Shown: one piece after another, positions 28,582 to 40,683 of the stretch
How positions within the stretch are numbered: position 1 is the first letter of the stretch
Layout of the letters: every line of letters starts with the position of its first letter
Assembly: GCA_016186435.1 (NCBI GenBank)
Contig: JACPLQ010000001.1
Coordinates: forward strand, 1 to 59,212
Source of the DNA: Candidatus Nomurabacteria bacterium
GTDB taxonomy: Bacteria > Patescibacteriota > Minisyncoccia > Phycocordibacterales > UBA9973
DNA length: 59,212 bases
Direction: 5' to 3'
The notes under the pieces: model-generated
Databases searched by the model: none
What the model saw: the letters and a program-made list of their open reading frames with translations, nothing else
Told to the model about the DNA's origin: nothing
Translations under genes and position numbers: made by a program

Positions 28582-31500
28582 ATGCCCAAAGATATCAAAG
28601 AGGCGACATCTCGCCCGAAGAAGTATTTTAGCAGGTATAAGAAACCTCTTGTAGAGTTTCCGAATCTTATTCAAGCCCAATTGAAGAGCTTCAAGTGGCT
28701 CGTGGAGACCGGCATCGCCGAAGTCTTCAAAGAGTTCACGCCGATCATAGATTACTCCGGAAAAAAGTTCCAATTGGAATTTACTTCTTTTACTTTAAGC
28801 GAATCCAATACTGACGAAAATGATTCAAAAGTAAACAAGCTCTCTTACCAGGGGTTACTCAAAGCGCGGGTAAAATTGACGAATAAAATTTTAGGCACCG
28901 TGAAAGAGCAGGAAATCTTCATGTCGGAGATGCCGCTCATGACTCCGCACGGAACTTTCATCATAAACGGCGTAGAGCGCGTCATCGTGCCGCAGCTCGC
29001 GCGAAGCTTCGGGGTCTTCTTTACTGAATCAGAGTCTAAGGGTCAGAAATATTTCGGCGCGAAGATGATCCCCGCTCGCGGAGTCTGGATAGAGATGGAA
29101 TCCGAAGCGGATGGCGTAATTTACATAAGAATAGATAAAAAGAGAAAATTTCCGGCGACAGCTCTTCTGCGAGCGCTCGGCTATGAAACGAATGAAATGA
29201 TCGCCGAAGCGTTTAAAGGCAACGCCGTTGCCGAGGAGACAATAAAAAATTCTTTAACCAAAGATGGACTGAAGAGCTTAAACGAAGCATATATTGAAAT
29301 ATACAAGCGCCTTCGCGATGGAGACATGGCCACAGCCGAGAACGCCAAAGAATTTATAAATTCTTTATTTACCGCGGAGCGCTATGATCTTTCTCCTGTT
29401 GGACGATTCAGATTCAATCAAAGGTTCGGCAAATCAATAGGCGAAGAAGAAATGACTCGCCGAACTATCTCCAAAGAAGACTTGGTAACCGTAATTTCTC
29501 ATATAATAGAATTAAATAATACTGCAGGAGCAAAAGCAGATGATATAGATCACTTAGGCCAGAGGCGAGTGCGTTTTGTCGGAGAAATTCTCCAGCAAAA
29601 AGTTCGCACCGGTATGATGCAGATCAAGAGAAACATTCAGGACAGAATGTCTATTATTGATGTGGACACCGCGATGCCGATTCAGATAATCAACCAGAGG
29701 CCGCTTCAGGCGCGCATCAAAGAATTTTTCACCACCAACCAGCTTTCACAATTCATGAACCAGGAAAATGTGCTTGCAGAAACGGAGCACATTCGTCTCT
29801 TGTCGGCGCTCGGACCCGGAGGCCTTACTCGCGAGCGCGCCGGCCTTGAAGTCCGCGACGTGCATCCTTCGCACTACGGCAGAGTCTGTCCTATTCATAC
29901 CCCTGAAGGTCCGAACATCGGGCTAATACTTCACATGTCTACTTATGCTAAAATAAATGACTTCGGAATTATTGAAACTCCTTATGCAAAAGTAAAAAAT
30001 GGAAAAATTACCGGCGAGATAGTTTACTTAAACGCGCTTGAGGAAGAAAAATACAACATCGCCCACGCCGGTACTCCATATGATGAACACGGAAAAATCA
30101 CTAAAGAAAAAGTAGAGGCTCGCATAAAGACAGAACCCGGCATGGTCAAGGCACTTGAAGTGGACTTTATTGATGTCGCGCCGAACCAAGCTTTCTCTAT
30201 CGCGACTTCCATGGTGCCGTTCTTGGAGCATAACAACGCCAATCGAGCGCTCATGGGAAGCAACATGCAGAAGCAAGCGGTGCCGTGCGTCCTTCCTGAA
30301 ATGCCGCTTGTGGCTACAGGTATAGAAGAACTTGCGTCAAAAGATTCAGGCAGACTGGTAATCGCGCAAGAAGACGGCGTTGTTAAATATTTGGATGCTA
30401 AGAAAATAGTTATTGAGGGGAAGAAAGAGCATACTTATGATCTAGTAAACTTTTTAAGGAATAACAACTTCGCAGTATTTCATCAGCGTCCGCTTGTAAA
30501 TGTGGGTGATAAAATTAAAAAAGGAGATATACTTGCAGATACATCCAGTACCGTAGGCGGGCAGATCTCTATCGGTCAGAATATATTCGTGGCCTTTTTG
30601 TCATGGTCTGGCTCTACTTACGAGGACGCCATCGTAGTCTCTGAGCGCCTTGTAAAAAAAAGCAAATTCACTTCTGTGTATGTGGAAGAATTTACCTGCA
30701 TTGTCCGCGATACCAAACTTGGACCCGAAATTACAACTCGCGATATTCCAAACGTCGGAGAATTAAAACTGAAAGATCTTGACGAAGACGGCATAGTCCG
30801 CATAGGAGCTGAAGTCAGAGAAAATGATATTCTAGTCGGTAAAATTACTCCAAAAGGGGAGACAGAACTTACTCCGGAAGAAAGATTGCTCCGCTCCATA
30901 TTTGCCGAAAAAGCCCGCGACGTGAAAGATACCAGCTTGAGAATGGAACACGGCAAGCGCGGACGTATTATCGGCGTAAAAATATTCTCCCGAGATCTAG
31001 GCCACACCTTGGAAGCAGGCATCATAAAGAAGATTGTCATAGAGGTCGCTCAGATTAGAAATATTTCTGTCGGAGACAAACTTTCAGGACGACATGGAAA
31101 CAAAGGAGTCATATCTACAATCCTTCCGGAAGAAGATATGCCATACACCGCAGACGGTACGCCTATAGACATTATACTTTCTCCGCTCGGAGTTCCTTCT
31201 CGTATGAACTTGGGACAGATATTGGAAATGCATCTTGGTATGGCGGCAAACACTCTAGGCTACCAAGCCATCGTTCCTCCTTTCCTCGGAGCCAAGCATG
31301 AAGAAATAAAAGAGGAATTGATAAAAGCCGGACTTCCGGAAAATGGAAAACTGCAGCTTTTTGACGGACGCACCGGAGAGCCTTTCCAGCAGGACGTCGC
31401 AGTCGGATACATGTACATGCTCAAACTGCACCACATGGTGGAGGACAAAATCCACATGAGGTCTATTGGTCCCTACTCGCTCATTACCCAGCAGCCTCTC

Positions 31501-31761
31501 GGCGGTAAAGCTCAGGGAGGAGGACAGAGATTCGGAGAAATGGAAGTCTGGGCGCTTGAGGGATATGGAGCTGCATACACTTTGCGCGAAATGCTGACAA
31601 TTAAATCTGACGATATTTTAGGAAGATCGGCAACATTCGATTCCATTATCAAAAATGAACCTATCAGGCCGCCAAACTCTCCCGCGTCGTTCAATGTTCT
31701 TTTGAACTACCTGAGGGGGCTAGCGCTCGATGTGGATCTTAAGAAGGCTGGAGATAAATAA
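28582..31761 (+). CDS. rpoB: RNA polymerase beta subunit
   Basis: TPEGPNIGL, GDKLSGRHGNKG and GGQRFGEME. Confidence 0.98.
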   Translation: MPKDIKEATSRPKKYFSRYKKPLVEFPNLIQAQLKSFKWLVETGIAEVFKEFTPIIDYSGKKFQLEFTSFTLSESNTDENDSKVNKLSYQGLLKARVKLTNKILGTVKEQEIFMSEMPLMTPHGTFIINGVERVIVPQLARSFGVFFTESESKGQKYFGAKMIPARGVWIEMESEADGVIYIRIDKKRKFPATALLRALGYETNEMIAEAFKGNAVAEETIKNSLTKDGLKSLNEAYIEIYKRLRDGDMATAENAKEFINSLFTAERYDLSPVGRFRFNQRFGKSIGEEEMTRRTISKEDLVTVISHIIELNNTAGAKADDIDHLGQRRVRFVGEILQQKVRTGMMQIKRNIQDRMSIIDVDTAMPIQIINQRPLQARIKEFFTTNQLSQFMNQENVLAETEHIRLLSALGPGGLTRERAGLEVRDVHPSHYGRVCPIHTPEGPNIGLILHMSTYAKINDFGIIETPYAKVKNGKITGEIVYLNALEEEKYNIAHAGTPYDEHGKITKEKVEARIKTEPGMVKALEVDFIDVAPNQAFSIATSMVPFLEHNNANRALMGSNMQKQAVPCVLPEMPLVATGIEELASKDSGRLVIAQEDGVVKYLDAKKIVIEGKKEHTYDLVNFLRNNNFAVFHQRPLVNVGDKIKKGDILADTSSTVGGQISIGQNIFVAFLSWSGSTYEDAIVVSERLVKKSKFTSVYVEEFTCIVRDTKLGPEITTRDIPNVGELKLKDLDEDGIVRIGAEVRENDILVGKITPKGETELTPEERLLRSIFAEKARDVKDTSLRMEHGKRGRIIGVKIFSRDLGHTLEAGIIKKIVIEVAQIRNISVGDKLSGRHGNKGVISTILPEEDMPYTADGTPIDIILSPLGVPSRMNLGQILEMHLGMAANTLGYQAIVPPFLGAKHEEIKEELIKAGLPENGKLQLFDGRTGEPFQQDVAVGYMYMLKLHHMVEDKIHMRSIGPYSLITQQPLGGKAQGGGQRFGEMEVWALEGYGAAYTLREMLTIKSDDILGRSATFDSIIKNEPIRPPNSPASFNVLLNYLRGLALDVDLKKAGDK

Positions 31762-31767
31762 TAGATT

Positions 31768-31803
31768 AGACGTTGGACATCGGGTGCTTGATGTCCAACG
31801 TCT
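31768..31803. repeat. Intergenic inverted repeat between rpoB and rpoC
   Basis: AGACGTTGGACATC-N8-GATGTCCAACGTCT; no T-tract. Confidence 0.7.
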
Positions 31804-31815
31804 GAAACATAAACT

Positions 31816-34800
31816 ATGAAAACACTAAACACAACTGAATTTGATAGAATCGCTCTCCGGCTTGCAAGCCCCGAGCAGATAAAAGAGTGGTCTTTTGGAG
31901 AGGTTACCAAGCCTGAAACTATAAATTACCGCACCGGCAGAAGCGAGCGCGGCGGGCTTTTTGACGAGAAAATTTTCGGACCGGAAAAGGATTATGAGTG
32001 CTATTGCGGAAAATACCGCCGCATACGCTACAAAGACATTATCTGCGAGAAATGCGGAGTTGAAGTTACCCGCTCTATAGTGCGGCGCGAGCGCATGGGA
32101 CACATAGAGCTTTCTACGCCTGTTTCTCATATCTGGTTTTTGCGAGGCGTGCCATCTAGAATGAGCATACTTCTAAACATTTCCGTCTCAGACCTTGAGA
32201 AAGTTATTTACTTTGCGGGATATATCATCACTAAAATCCATGAAGATGAAAAAGAAACTGTTTTGTCCGGGTTGGATAAAGAATTTAAATCTAAATTTAA
32301 GAATGCAGTCGATGAAGATACTCGCGAAAAATTGAAAAATTTGCTTTCAATCACTAAAAAAGAAATCGGAGAAATTTATGAAGGAAAAGTTCTGAACGAA
32401 ATTTCTTTCCATCATTATTCTTTGAAATACGGCACCTGCTTTGAGGCGAACATAGGCGCAGAAGCTATCTACTCCATTTTCAAAAATCTTGATCTCGGCA
32501 AACTGAAAACCCTTACCGAAAAGATGCTTGAGAAGGCAAGTGCAGCCGACAAAGAAAAATTGCAGAAAAGACTGTCTCTCATACGAGCCATGACTTATGC
32601 AAACATTCGTCCGGAATGGATGTTCCTGACTGTTATTCCCGTGATTCCGCCGGTTCTTCGCCCCATGGTTGCGCTCGACGGGGGCCGACACGCGACTTCA
32701 GACCTGAACGACTTGTATCGCCGAGTTATAAACAGAAATAACCGCCTTAAGAAGCTGAAAGAAATAAATGCCCCGGATGTTATTTTAAGAAATGAAAAAA
32801 GAATTATTCAGGAGGCAGTGGATGCGCTTATAGATAATTCTATCGCCAAGCAGAATGATTCTGCGGCTATGAGCCAATCCCAAAAGCGTCCGCTCAAATC
32901 CCTTTCCGACAACTTGAAATCCAAACAAGGTCTCTTCCGCCAAAATCTGCTCGGAAAGCGCGTGGACTATTCAGGCCGTTCTGTTATTGTTGTTGGTCCT
33001 CAGCTAAAGCTTAATCAATGCGGACTTCCAAAACATATGGCTCTGGAGCTTTTCAGGCCATTCGTTATTTCCAAAATTTTGCAGGCAGAGCTTGCCTTCA
33101 ACATTCGCGGAGCGAATAAGCTCATAGAAGAAAGAACTCCTGAAGTATGGGCAATGCTGGAAGAAGTCATAGAAGGAAAATATGTCCTCTTAAACCGCGC
33201 GCCGACTTTGCACAGGCTTGGTATTCAGGCGTTCAATCCGATACTTATTGAAGGAAATGCAATCCAGGTACACCCCCTTGTGTGTCAGGCTTTCAACGCC
33301 GACTTCGACGGAGACCAGATGGCAGTATACGTGCCTCTTCTTAAAGAAGCTCAGTCTGAAGCGAAGGATTTGATGGCTTCAAATAAAAACTTGCTTAAGC
33401 CGCAAAATGGCGAACCGGTCGTTAACCCTAAAATGGATATGGTGCTTGGGGCTTATTGGATGACCAAAACTGCAGATGGTGAATTGGGTGAGGGAAAATT
33501 CTTCTCTAGTCCCAACACTGCCATTACCGCTTATGATTACGGAGTAGTTTCTCTTCGCGCCAAAATAAAAGTTTTGGCTACTGATTCACACAAATACAAA
33601 AAATTTGACGGGGAAATTTTTGAAACTTCTGTTGGAAAACTATTGTTCAATAGCGTTTTGCCTTCAGATTTTTCCTATATTGGCGATGAAATGACCCAAG
33701 ACAGATTATCTTCACTGCTGGATGAACTTATAGCTCACACTGGAGTAGACAATACCCCTGCAATCTTGGATAAGATTAAGCAATTTGGGTTCCAGTATTC
33801 CACTGTTTCTGGTACTACTTGGGGGCTAGACAATGTTTCTTTGTCTTCAGAAAAACCAGCAATTATTACAGAAGGTAAAAAACAGGAAGAACAAATTATT
33901 TCAGAATGGAGTAACGGTCTTTTGTCTGAAGAAGAAAAATATCAAAAAATTATTGAGGTTTGGACTTCTACCAAGAAAAACTTAGAAAAAGTTTTACCAA
34001 AAACTCTGGATAAAAGCGGTTCTGCTTTTGATTTATTTACTTCCAAAGCTAGAGGTAATATGAACACTTTGTCTCAAATGGTTGGGATGATTGGTCTCAT
34101 TCAAAACAACCAAGGTAAAATATTGGAATACCCGATCATTCCTTCTTACTTTGAGGGACTTTCTCCGATAGAATATTTCGTCATCACTCACGGAGCCAGA
34201 AAAGGAGCATCAGACACAGCGCTCAACACTGCAAAAGCGGGATACCTGACCCGAAGACTTGTAGATGTCGCGCACGACGTCGTCATTACCGAAGAAGATT
34301 GCGGCACAAAGGAAGGAAAGATAGTTTCCCGAGAAAATATTTCCGGAATTGAAATTCCACTTTCAAAAAACATACGCGGACGTGTCTTAGCGGCTGATCT
34401 CAAAGACCCATCCGGAAAAATTGTTTACAAAAAAGGGTTCTTGATTACTAAAGAAGAAGCTTACAATATAGAAGGGCAGGGATTTACCGAAGTGTTTGTG
34501 CGGTCTCCGCTTACCTGTAAAACAGTGCACGGTCTTTGCGTTATGTGCTATGGACTTGACCTCGGCAGGAACCACGTGGTGGAACAAGGCGAAGCCGTGG
34601 GAATCATCGCGGCTCAGGCTATCGGCGAGCCGGGAACTCAGCTTACGCTTCGCACCTTCCATGCCGGAGGTGTTGCGGGAACAGATATTACCACAGGTCT
34701 TCCTCGTGTTGAGGAAATATTTGAAAGAAGAATTCCAAAAAATCCCGCTATCATTTCCGAGACAGACGGCGAAGTATTGGAGGTAAAATCAAAAGACAAT

Positions 34801-35469
34801 AAAGAAAAAATTATAAAAGTATTGTCTGACCTGCCTCGACTTGGTGTCGAAGGCAAGGCGGGCAGCAAAGAAGACGGGAAAATTGACAACAAGAAAAATG
34901 AAATGGAATATATTGTTGCTTTCAGGCGTACTCCGATAGTCAAAGCAGGGGACAAGGTGAAAAAAGGACAGCTTTTAACTGATGGATCCGCCGATATTGC
35001 GGAGATGTTCAAATTGGGCAATAAAGAACTCGTTGAAGAATATATCATTGAAGAAATAAACAAAGTCTACGAGCTTCAGAGCGCTTCCATTTCCCGAAAA
35101 CATACCGAAATAATTATTCGCCAGATGTTCTCACGCCGAAAGATAAAAGATGCCGGCGAGACCAATTTCTCTGTTGGTGACATAGTGGAAAACACCGCAT
35201 TCATAGAAGAAAATGTCAGAATAGAAGAACTTGGAGGCAAAAAAGCTACTGCAGAAACAGTGGTACTCGGGATTACAGAGGTGTCGCTTCGCACCAAGAG
35301 CTGGCTGTCTGCGGCTTCTTTCCAAAACACAAATCGTGTGCTTATTGAAAACGCCATCAAGGGCGGAGTGGATAGTCTGCGGGGCCTAAAAGAAAATGTA
35401 ATCATCGGACGGCTAATTCCGGCGGGGACGGGATTTGAAAACAAGATTGACTTAACAAAGGAGGAATAG
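31816..35469 (+). CDS. rpoC: RNA polymerase beta' subunit
   Basis: [11 protein letters not shown]-terminal Zn finger; [13 protein letters not shown]. Confidence 0.98.
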   Translation: MKTLNTTEFDRIALRLASPEQIKEWSFGEVTKPETINYRTGRSERGGLFDEKIFGPEKDYECYCGKYRRIRYKDIICEKCGVEVTRSIVRRERMGHIELSTPVSHIWFLRGVPSRMSILLNISVSDLEKVIYFAGYIITKIHEDEKETVLSGLDKEFKSKFKNAVDEDTREKLKNLLSITKKEIGEIYEGKVLNEISFHHYSLKYGTCFEANIGAEAIYSIFKNLDLGKLKTLTEKMLEKASAADKEKLQKRLSLIRAMTYANIRPEWMFLTVIPVIPPVLRPMVALDGGRHATSDLNDLYRRVINRNNRLKKLKEINAPDVILRNEKRIIQEAVDALIDNSIAKQNDSAAMSQSQKRPLKSLSDNLKSKQGLFRQNLLGKRVDYSGRSVIVVGPQLKLNQCGLPKHMALELFRPFVISKILQAELAFNIRGANKLIEERTPEVWAMLEEVIEGKYVLLNRAPTLHRLGIQAFNPILIEGNAIQVHPLVCQAFNADFDGDQMAVYVPLLKEAQSEAKDLMASNKNLLKPQNGEPVVNPKMDMVLGAYWMTKTADGELGEGKFFSSPNTAITAYDYGVVSLRAKIKVLATDSHKYKKFDGEIFETSVGKLLFNSVLPSDFSYIGDEMTQDRLSSLLDELIAHTGVDNTPAILDKIKQFGFQYSTVSGTTWGLDNVSLSSEKPAIITEGKKQEEQIISEWSNGLLSEEEKYQKIIEVWTSTKKNLEKVLPKTLDKSGSAFDLFTSKARGNMNTLSQMVGMIGLIQNNQGKILEYPIIPSYFEGLSPIEYFVITHGARKGASDTALNTAKAGYLTRRLVDVAHDVVITEEDCGTKEGKIVSRENISGIEIPLSKNIRGRVLAADLKDPSGKIVYKKGFLITKEEAYNIEGQGFTEVFVRSPLTCKTVHGLCVMCYGLDLGRNHVVEQGEAVGIIAAQAIGEPGTQLTLRTFHAGGVAGTDITTGLPRVEEIFERRIPKNPAIISETDGEVLEVKSKDNKEKIIKVLSDLPRLGVEGKAGSKEDGKIDNKKNEMEYIVAFRRTPIVKAGDKVKKGQLLTDGSADIAEMFKLGNKELVEEYIIEEINKVYELQSASISRKHTEIIIRQMFSRRKIKDAGETNFSVGDIVENTAFIEENVRIEELGGKKATAETVVLGITEVSLRTKSWLSAASFQNTNRVLIENAIKGGVDSLRGLKENVIIGRLIPAGTGFENKIDLTKEE

Positions 35470-35485
35470 GAAGGAGTATAATAAA

Positions 35486-35625
35486 GGTGTTTGCAAAAGG
35501 GGGAGCGGAATGAAGTATCGCACTACGAACATTCTGTGGTCTGGGTAACAGCAAAAAATAGTGTGCGTGAGGACTGACCCGTCAAAGACTAAGCAGTTTC
35601 GTCTGTTTCCCCTTTTGCAAACACC
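35486..35625 (+). ncRNA. Candidate structured RNA (about 140 nt) closed by a long stem
   Basis: 17-bp perfect arms GGTGTTTGCAAAAGGGG/CCCCTTTTGCAAACACC, extendable with G-U pairs; TATAAT at 35477. Confidence 0.5.
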
Positions 35626-35632
35626 AGTATTC

Positions 35633-36046
35633 ATGCCAAAAGATTTTGACAAGTGGAATAATCTCAAGAAAATTTTCGAGAAAGAAAGTCGGGAACTTTT
35701 TGCGCATCCGAGAGAGGTCTGGTGGTGCTCGCTCGGAGTAAATTTAGGAGCGGAAATAGACGGTAAAAACGACAGCTTTGAGCGACCTGTTTTAATTATA
35801 AAGGTTTATAGTAGAGAAACGATGTTTGTATTACCTATTACAAGTAAAGAAAAAAATGATAAGTTTCACTGTAAGATTTTTGTAAAAATAAAAAATATTA
35901 AAACCGGTGAATACGATGAAAAGGCCGTATGGGTAAAGTTAACTCAGGCGCGCGTTATTAGTAATAAAAGACTTTTAAGAAAAGTTGATTTCATAGACAT
36001 CGAAGAATTCGATAAAATTATGGCAGTTTTTAAGAATAGTGTATAA
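35633..36046 (+). CDS. Orphan PemK/MazF-like toxin
   Basis: REVWWCSLGVNLGAEIDGK...RPVLIIK...LPITSK...LTQARVIS.KRL. ATG 35633 preferred over the GTG start inside the hairpin. Confidence 0.82.
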   Translation: MPKDFDKWNNLKKIFEKESRELFAHPREVWWCSLGVNLGAEIDGKNDSFERPVLIIKVYSRETMFVLPITSKEKNDKFHCKIFVKIKNIKTGEYDEKAVWVKLTQARVISNKRLLRKVDFIDIEEFDKIMAVFKNSV

Positions 36047-36121
36047 AATCGAAACCCCGCTTTCGCGGGATTTCTCGGAGGCCGAAGCCATAATACCTAT
36101 AATATAGCAAGTACAAAAAAT

Positions 36122-36850
36122 ATGTCAAGCAGGTTTATTAATAATCTAACCAAAAATCATATGAATCAAAAAGGTTTTGCGAATCTAGTTTTCATTGGAG
36201 GTATTATTATCCTTCTGGTATTGGGCGGCTACTTCGCTTGGTCAAAAAGACCAAATAATATTGATTCCTCCATAATTCTACAAGTTGATACTTCAAATTG
36301 GAAAACATACCAAAATCCAATTCATAGCTATTCCTTTAAATATCCAGAATTAAGTTATAGTATTGATGATTCAGATCCAAGTGGAGAAGGATACGCGCCC
36401 GCTGGTAAGTTTGGCAATTTTCTTTGGAAAAATCTTGGATTGGATGGCGCTGAGCAAGTCTTTGCAGTGAATGTGCTCAGTACTCCCGAATGGACTACAG
36501 TGGGAACTGATGCTGAGGCATTAAAAAAAGGATTTGAAGAAGGAGGAATTGAAAAGGTTGCACAATTGTCCAGAGAAGTTAACTTGCAAGATAAAGAGTT
36601 TCCAGGTAAAGAAGTAGGAGAAATAGAAATATTTTCCTTTTATAATGGAAGTGGTTATGGTTTTACGGTAACAAAAGTATTTACCTTTGGTTTTAATACT
36701 GACCAAAAAAAAGATGTAATTGGCGGAGAATTAGTTGAAGGAGAAAAAGTTATTGTTTATGTGACAAATGGAAAAGATATATATAGTATAGAATTTCCTA
36801 ATCAGGATCTAGAAAGACAAATTCTTTCCACCTTTAAATTTATAAAGTAA
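36122..36850 (+). CDS. Membrane-anchored hypothetical protein
   Basis: QKGFAN followed by a TM helix; WKTYQN...YSFKYP and QILSTFKF motifs. Start may be 36161. Confidence 0.75.
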   Translation: MSSRFINNLTKNHMNQKGFANLVFIGGIIILLVLGGYFAWSKRPNNIDSSIILQVDTSNWKTYQNPIHSYSFKYPELSYSIDDSDPSGEGYAPAGKFGNFLWKNLGLDGAEQVFAVNVLSTPEWTTVGTDAEALKKGFEEGGIEKVAQLSREVNLQDKEFPGKEVGEIEIFSFYNGSGYGFTVTKVFTFGFNTDQKKDVIGGELVEGEKVIVYVTNGKDIYSIEFPNQDLERQILSTFKFIK

Positions 36851-36852
36851 TC

Positions 36853-38637
36853 ATGAACTCTCCCGTAGAAAAAATTAAGGAGAGGCTAGGAATCGAAGAA
36901 GTAATCTCTTCTTACATAAAATTGGAACGGGCGGGGAAAAACCTCAAGGCCCGATGCCCGTTTCATAACGAAAAGACGCCGTCTTTTTTCATTTCACCAG
37001 ACAGAGGAACATACTATTGCTTTGGTTGCGCCGCTTCTGGGGATATTTTTACTTTCGTGGAAGAATTTGAAGGGCTGGACTTCAAGGGTGCGCTAAAATT
37101 ACTCGCTGACAGGGCAGGAGTACAGCTTGAGCCTTATAGCAGACAGGCAAAAGAGAGTAAGAGTGAAAAAGAAAAGTTATATGAAGTTATGGAAGAGGCA
37201 ACAAGTTATTTTGAAAATAATTTAAAAAGTAATGAAGAGGCATTAGATTATTTAAAATCTCGCGGGCTAAATGAAAAAAGCATAAAAGATTTCAGAATTG
37301 GATACGCGATTCTTGACTGGCGATTACTCTATGATTATTTAAAGTCTAAAAATTTTACTGATAAAGAAATAGAGTTTGCGGGGCTGGCAAAAAAACCCGA
37401 AGACAAAAATAAAGCCATGTATGATAGATTCCGCGGACGTATAATGTTCCCGATTGCCGACTCTAGCGGGCGCATTGTCGCTTTTTCCGGCAGAATTTTT
37501 GTGGACGATGAAAAGTCGGCTAAGTATCTAAACAGTCCCGAGACTCCAATCTTCAGCAAGAATGCCGTGCTTTATGGTATAGATAAGGCCAAAGAATCCA
37601 TCAGAAAAAATAATTTTTCTATTCTAGTAGAAGGGCAGACGGATTTAATTTTATCTCATCAGGCTGGGTATAGAAATACTGTTGCAACATCGGGGACGGC
37701 GCTTTCAGATTCTACCATATCTAAAAAAAATGTAGTTTCTAATCTAGGGTTAGTCCGCCGTCTTTCGCCAAACATCGTGCTAGGGTTTGACGCGGATAAA
37801 GCAGGAGCAAGCGCTACAATTCGGGCGGGAAAGATTGCTCTTTCTTTAGGGATGGATGTAAAAGTGGTGAATATGCCGGAGGGGATAGATCCGGCAGATT
37901 TAATCGGGAAAAGCGGCGCAGATAAATGGAAAGAAGCTATAAAAAATTCCAAGCACATTATAGAATTTCTTTTAGTAAAAGTCCTGAAAAATGGGGAAAG
38001 TGATGAGCGAAAGGTCCGCTTAGACTCGGCGAGGCAGGCAGGAAGAGAAATAAAAGAAAAAATACTTCCATTTGTAAATGCGCTTGAAAGTTCTATAGAG
38101 AAAATGCATTTTGTAAAAAAAATAAGCGAAGAATCTGATATACCTATAAGCGCCCTGGAAGAAGATTTAAAGAAAATTGCGAAAGAGGAGCAATTTGAAA
38201 GAGAAGAAATACAGGAAGCCGAGGAGGCGCAGGTTAAAAAGCGCAGAAAAGACAATATAGAGAGTGATCTTTTTGGGATAGCCCTTTGGCAAAAGACCCT
38301 AAGAGACCCTGTAATAGACTTTAAAATAATTTTTGAAAAACTGGGGGAAGCCTCTAAAAAATATGAAAATACCAAAGAAGATTTAATTTATCAGGCCGAA
38401 ATATCTTATGAAAATGAGAATAATTTGAAAAAGAATGTTGCAGAAATGTTTTCCAGCCTTGAGGAAGAAAGAATAAACGAAGAATTGGTAAAAAAGATGG
38501 CAGAGCTACGTCATAATAAGAATAAAGAATTAGAAATAGGAATTATAAAAGAAATAGCCAGTCTGACTAAGAAAAAAGAAGATATTAAAAATGGTCGCTT
38601 TCCGCCAAAGGCGGATCAGCCTCAGGCTGAAAAGTAG
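36853..38637 (+). CDS. dnaG: DNA primase
   Basis: [29 protein letters not shown] and DADKAG. Confidence 0.96.
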   Translation: MNSPVEKIKERLGIEEVISSYIKLERAGKNLKARCPFHNEKTPSFFISPDRGTYYCFGCAASGDIFTFVEEFEGLDFKGALKLLADRAGVQLEPYSRQAKESKSEKEKLYEVMEEATSYFENNLKSNEEALDYLKSRGLNEKSIKDFRIGYAILDWRLLYDYLKSKNFTDKEIEFAGLAKKPEDKNKAMYDRFRGRIMFPIADSSGRIVAFSGRIFVDDEKSAKYLNSPETPIFSKNAVLYGIDKAKESIRKNNFSILVEGQTDLILSHQAGYRNTVATSGTALSDSTISKKNVVSNLGLVRRLSPNIVLGFDADKAGASATIRAGKIALSLGMDVKVVNMPEGIDPADLIGKSGADKWKEAIKNSKHIIEFLLVKVLKNGESDERKVRLDSARQAGREIKEKILPFVNALESSIEKMHFVKKISEESDIPISALEEDLKKIAKEEQFEREEIQEAEEAQVKKRRKDNIESDLFGIALWQKTLRDPVIDFKIIFEKLGEASKKYENTKEDLIYQAEISYENENNLKKNVAEMFSSLEEERINEELVKKMAELRHNKNKELEIGIIKEIASLTKKKEDIKNGRFPPKADQPQAEK

Positions 38638-38651
38638 TTAGTAAAAAATAT

Positions 38652-39872
38652 ATGAAAAAGAAAAACAAAAAAACAATCAAGAAAAAGAAAGCAGCAAAGA
38701 ATAAAAAACCGGTTAAGAAGGTGAAAAAAATTGTAAGAAAAACCAAAAAAACAGCTAAAAAGGCTGTAAAAAAAGAAAAGATAAAAAAGCTGTCCAGTAC
38801 TGAGAAAAAAGCTGAAATGATGGAAACTCTGGCGAACAATCTCATAGAAAAAGGCAGGACGCGAGGATTTATAACTTATGATGAGATACTCAAAACTTTT
38901 CCCGATATTGAAAACAATATTTTATTTTTAGATGAGCTGTATGAAAAGTTTGGCGTGGCCGGCATTGACGTCTTGGAAGGCGGAAATTTGCTTAACCTAG
39001 ATCTTGATGTGAACGACAAAGACCTAAACAAAAGCACGATGCATGATTCTATACAGATGTATTTGAAAGAAATCGGACAATATCCGCTTATTCACGCCGG
39101 TGATGAAAAGGATTTAGCTAAAAGAATTGAAAAGGGAGATTTGGAAGCCAAAAATCTTCTTGCCCGAGCAAACTTGCGCTTGGTGGTTTCTATCGCCAAG
39201 AAATACGTAGGCAGGTCTGCAAATCTGACATTGCTTGATCTTATTCAAGAAGGGAATTTGGGATTGTTTAAAGCAGTGGAAAAATTTGACTGGACCAAGG
39301 GCTACAAATTTTCCACCTACGCCACTTGGTGGATCCGCCAGTCCATAACCCGCGCGCTGGCCGACCAGTCTCGGACTATCCGCATTCCGGTGCACATGGT
39401 GGAAACTATTTCAAAATATAAGCAGACTCACAGGCGACTTTCGCAGGACCTCGGCCGAGAACCGCTTGCAGAAGAGATAGCTACAGAGATGGGTATCCCG
39501 GTGGAAAAAATTCATGTCATCGAAAATATTTCGCAGGATACCGTATCGCTTGAGCAACCAGTAGGGGACGATGACGACAAATCCACGCTTGAGAATTTTA
39601 TTCCGGACGACAAAATACTGCGCCCCGACCAAGAATCTTCTCGCCGCATCCTGTCCGACCAGATACGCGAAGTATTGGACGAGCTCAATCCCAAAGAACG
39701 CAAGATACTGGAAATGCGCTACGGCTTGCTCGATGGCATTCAGCATACTCTGGAGCGGGTAGGGGAAGAGTTCGGGGTCACTCGCGAACGTATCCGCCAA
39801 ATCGAAGCCAAAGTGCATGAAAAACTCCGCCAGCACGACAAAATTTCTCGGCTGAAAAACTATTTTGACTAA
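38652..39872 (+). CDS. rpoD: RNA polymerase primary sigma factor
   Basis: [29 protein letters not shown] and [10 protein letters not shown]; Lys-rich N-terminus. Confidence 0.95.
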   Translation: MKKKNKKTIKKKKAAKNKKPVKKVKKIVRKTKKTAKKAVKKEKIKKLSSTEKKAEMMETLANNLIEKGRTRGFITYDEILKTFPDIENNILFLDELYEKFGVAGIDVLEGGNLLNLDLDVNDKDLNKSTMHDSIQMYLKEIGQYPLIHAGDEKDLAKRIEKGDLEAKNLLARANLRLVVSIAKKYVGRSANLTLLDLIQEGNLGLFKAVEKFDWTKGYKFSTYATWWIRQSITRALADQSRTIRIPVHMVETISKYKQTHRRLSQDLGREPLAEEIATEMGIPVEKIHVIENISQDTVSLEQPVGDDDDKSTLENFIPDDKILRPDQESSRRILSDQIREVLDELNPKERKILEMRYGLLDGIQHTLERVGEEFGVTRERIRQIEAKVHEKLRQHDKISRLKNYFD

Positions 39873-39907
39873 ACCATCAGCCTGAGCGAGGGGAGTCCTC
39901 GCTGGGA

Positions 39908-40603
39908 TCAGAGCAACGACTCTTCCAATCCGTTGTTGGAGGGGGTAACTTCAAAAACTTTGTCGGTGTACTTCCAGAAGGCGTCATTGCCGCCTTGTTC
40001 CCAGGCGCATTCGGTTGCTTCAGCTTCACGAAAAGCTTTTGGATGAAGCTGGAGAATCGGATAATGTCTGTATACCCAAGCGACATCGCCTCCGCTATCT
40101 TTCACGACTCTATGCATTGTAGTGTGAAATACTTTACAAAACGGACACTCAAGGTCGGAGTATTCCACTATGATTATTCTTGCGTTTATATCTCCAACAA
40201 TATGATCCTCTTGTGAAAGAGGCTTTATTTCTAGATTTAATGATTCTTTTTCATTCTTTTGCGCATCACTTATTTGCTCCATTACTTTTTCAAACGGTTG
40301 GGCGCCTCCGATCATGCCTACAACTGCGCCGTTTTTCACTATAAAAGAAGATGGTGTCCCATTTACGCCTGCTTTTATTCCGTCGTCAATATCCGCCTGA
40401 ACTTTATCTTTAAATTTTCCGCTTTCAAGACAAGCATTGAACTTTTTTACGTTAAGGCCAACTTGTTTTGAAATAGGAATGATCTTCGCCGGTCCCGGCG
40501 TTCCGCCCCCTCTTATCAGTACAGCTCCGGCTATCATGGCGCCCGCTAGAACGATGGCTCCCACTATCTGTTTTGTGTTGTTGTTCTCCATGTGTATATA
40601 CAA
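39908..40603 (-). CDS. DsbA/BdbD-like thiol-disulfide oxidoreductase, circularly permuted
   Basis: GVNGTP...GAQP segment precedes EYSDLECPFC. Confidence 0.85.
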   Translation of the reverse strand: MYIHMENNNTKQIVGAIVLAGAMIAGAVLIRGGGTPGPAKIIPISKQVGLNVKKFNACLESGKFKDKVQADIDDGIKAGVNGTPSSFIVKNGAVVGMIGGAQPFEKVMEQISDAQKNEKESLNLEIKPLSQEDHIVGDINARIIIVEYSDLECPFCKVFHTTMHRVVKDSGGDVAWVYRHYPILQLHPKAFREAEATECAWEQGGNDAFWKYTDKVFEVTPSNNGLEESLL

Positions 40604-40683
40604 ACTTATAATACGCTATTGTAGCATACTTTGCATGTTCTGTGATATAATAGAACTATTAACAATTAACCAATAAAAAATAT

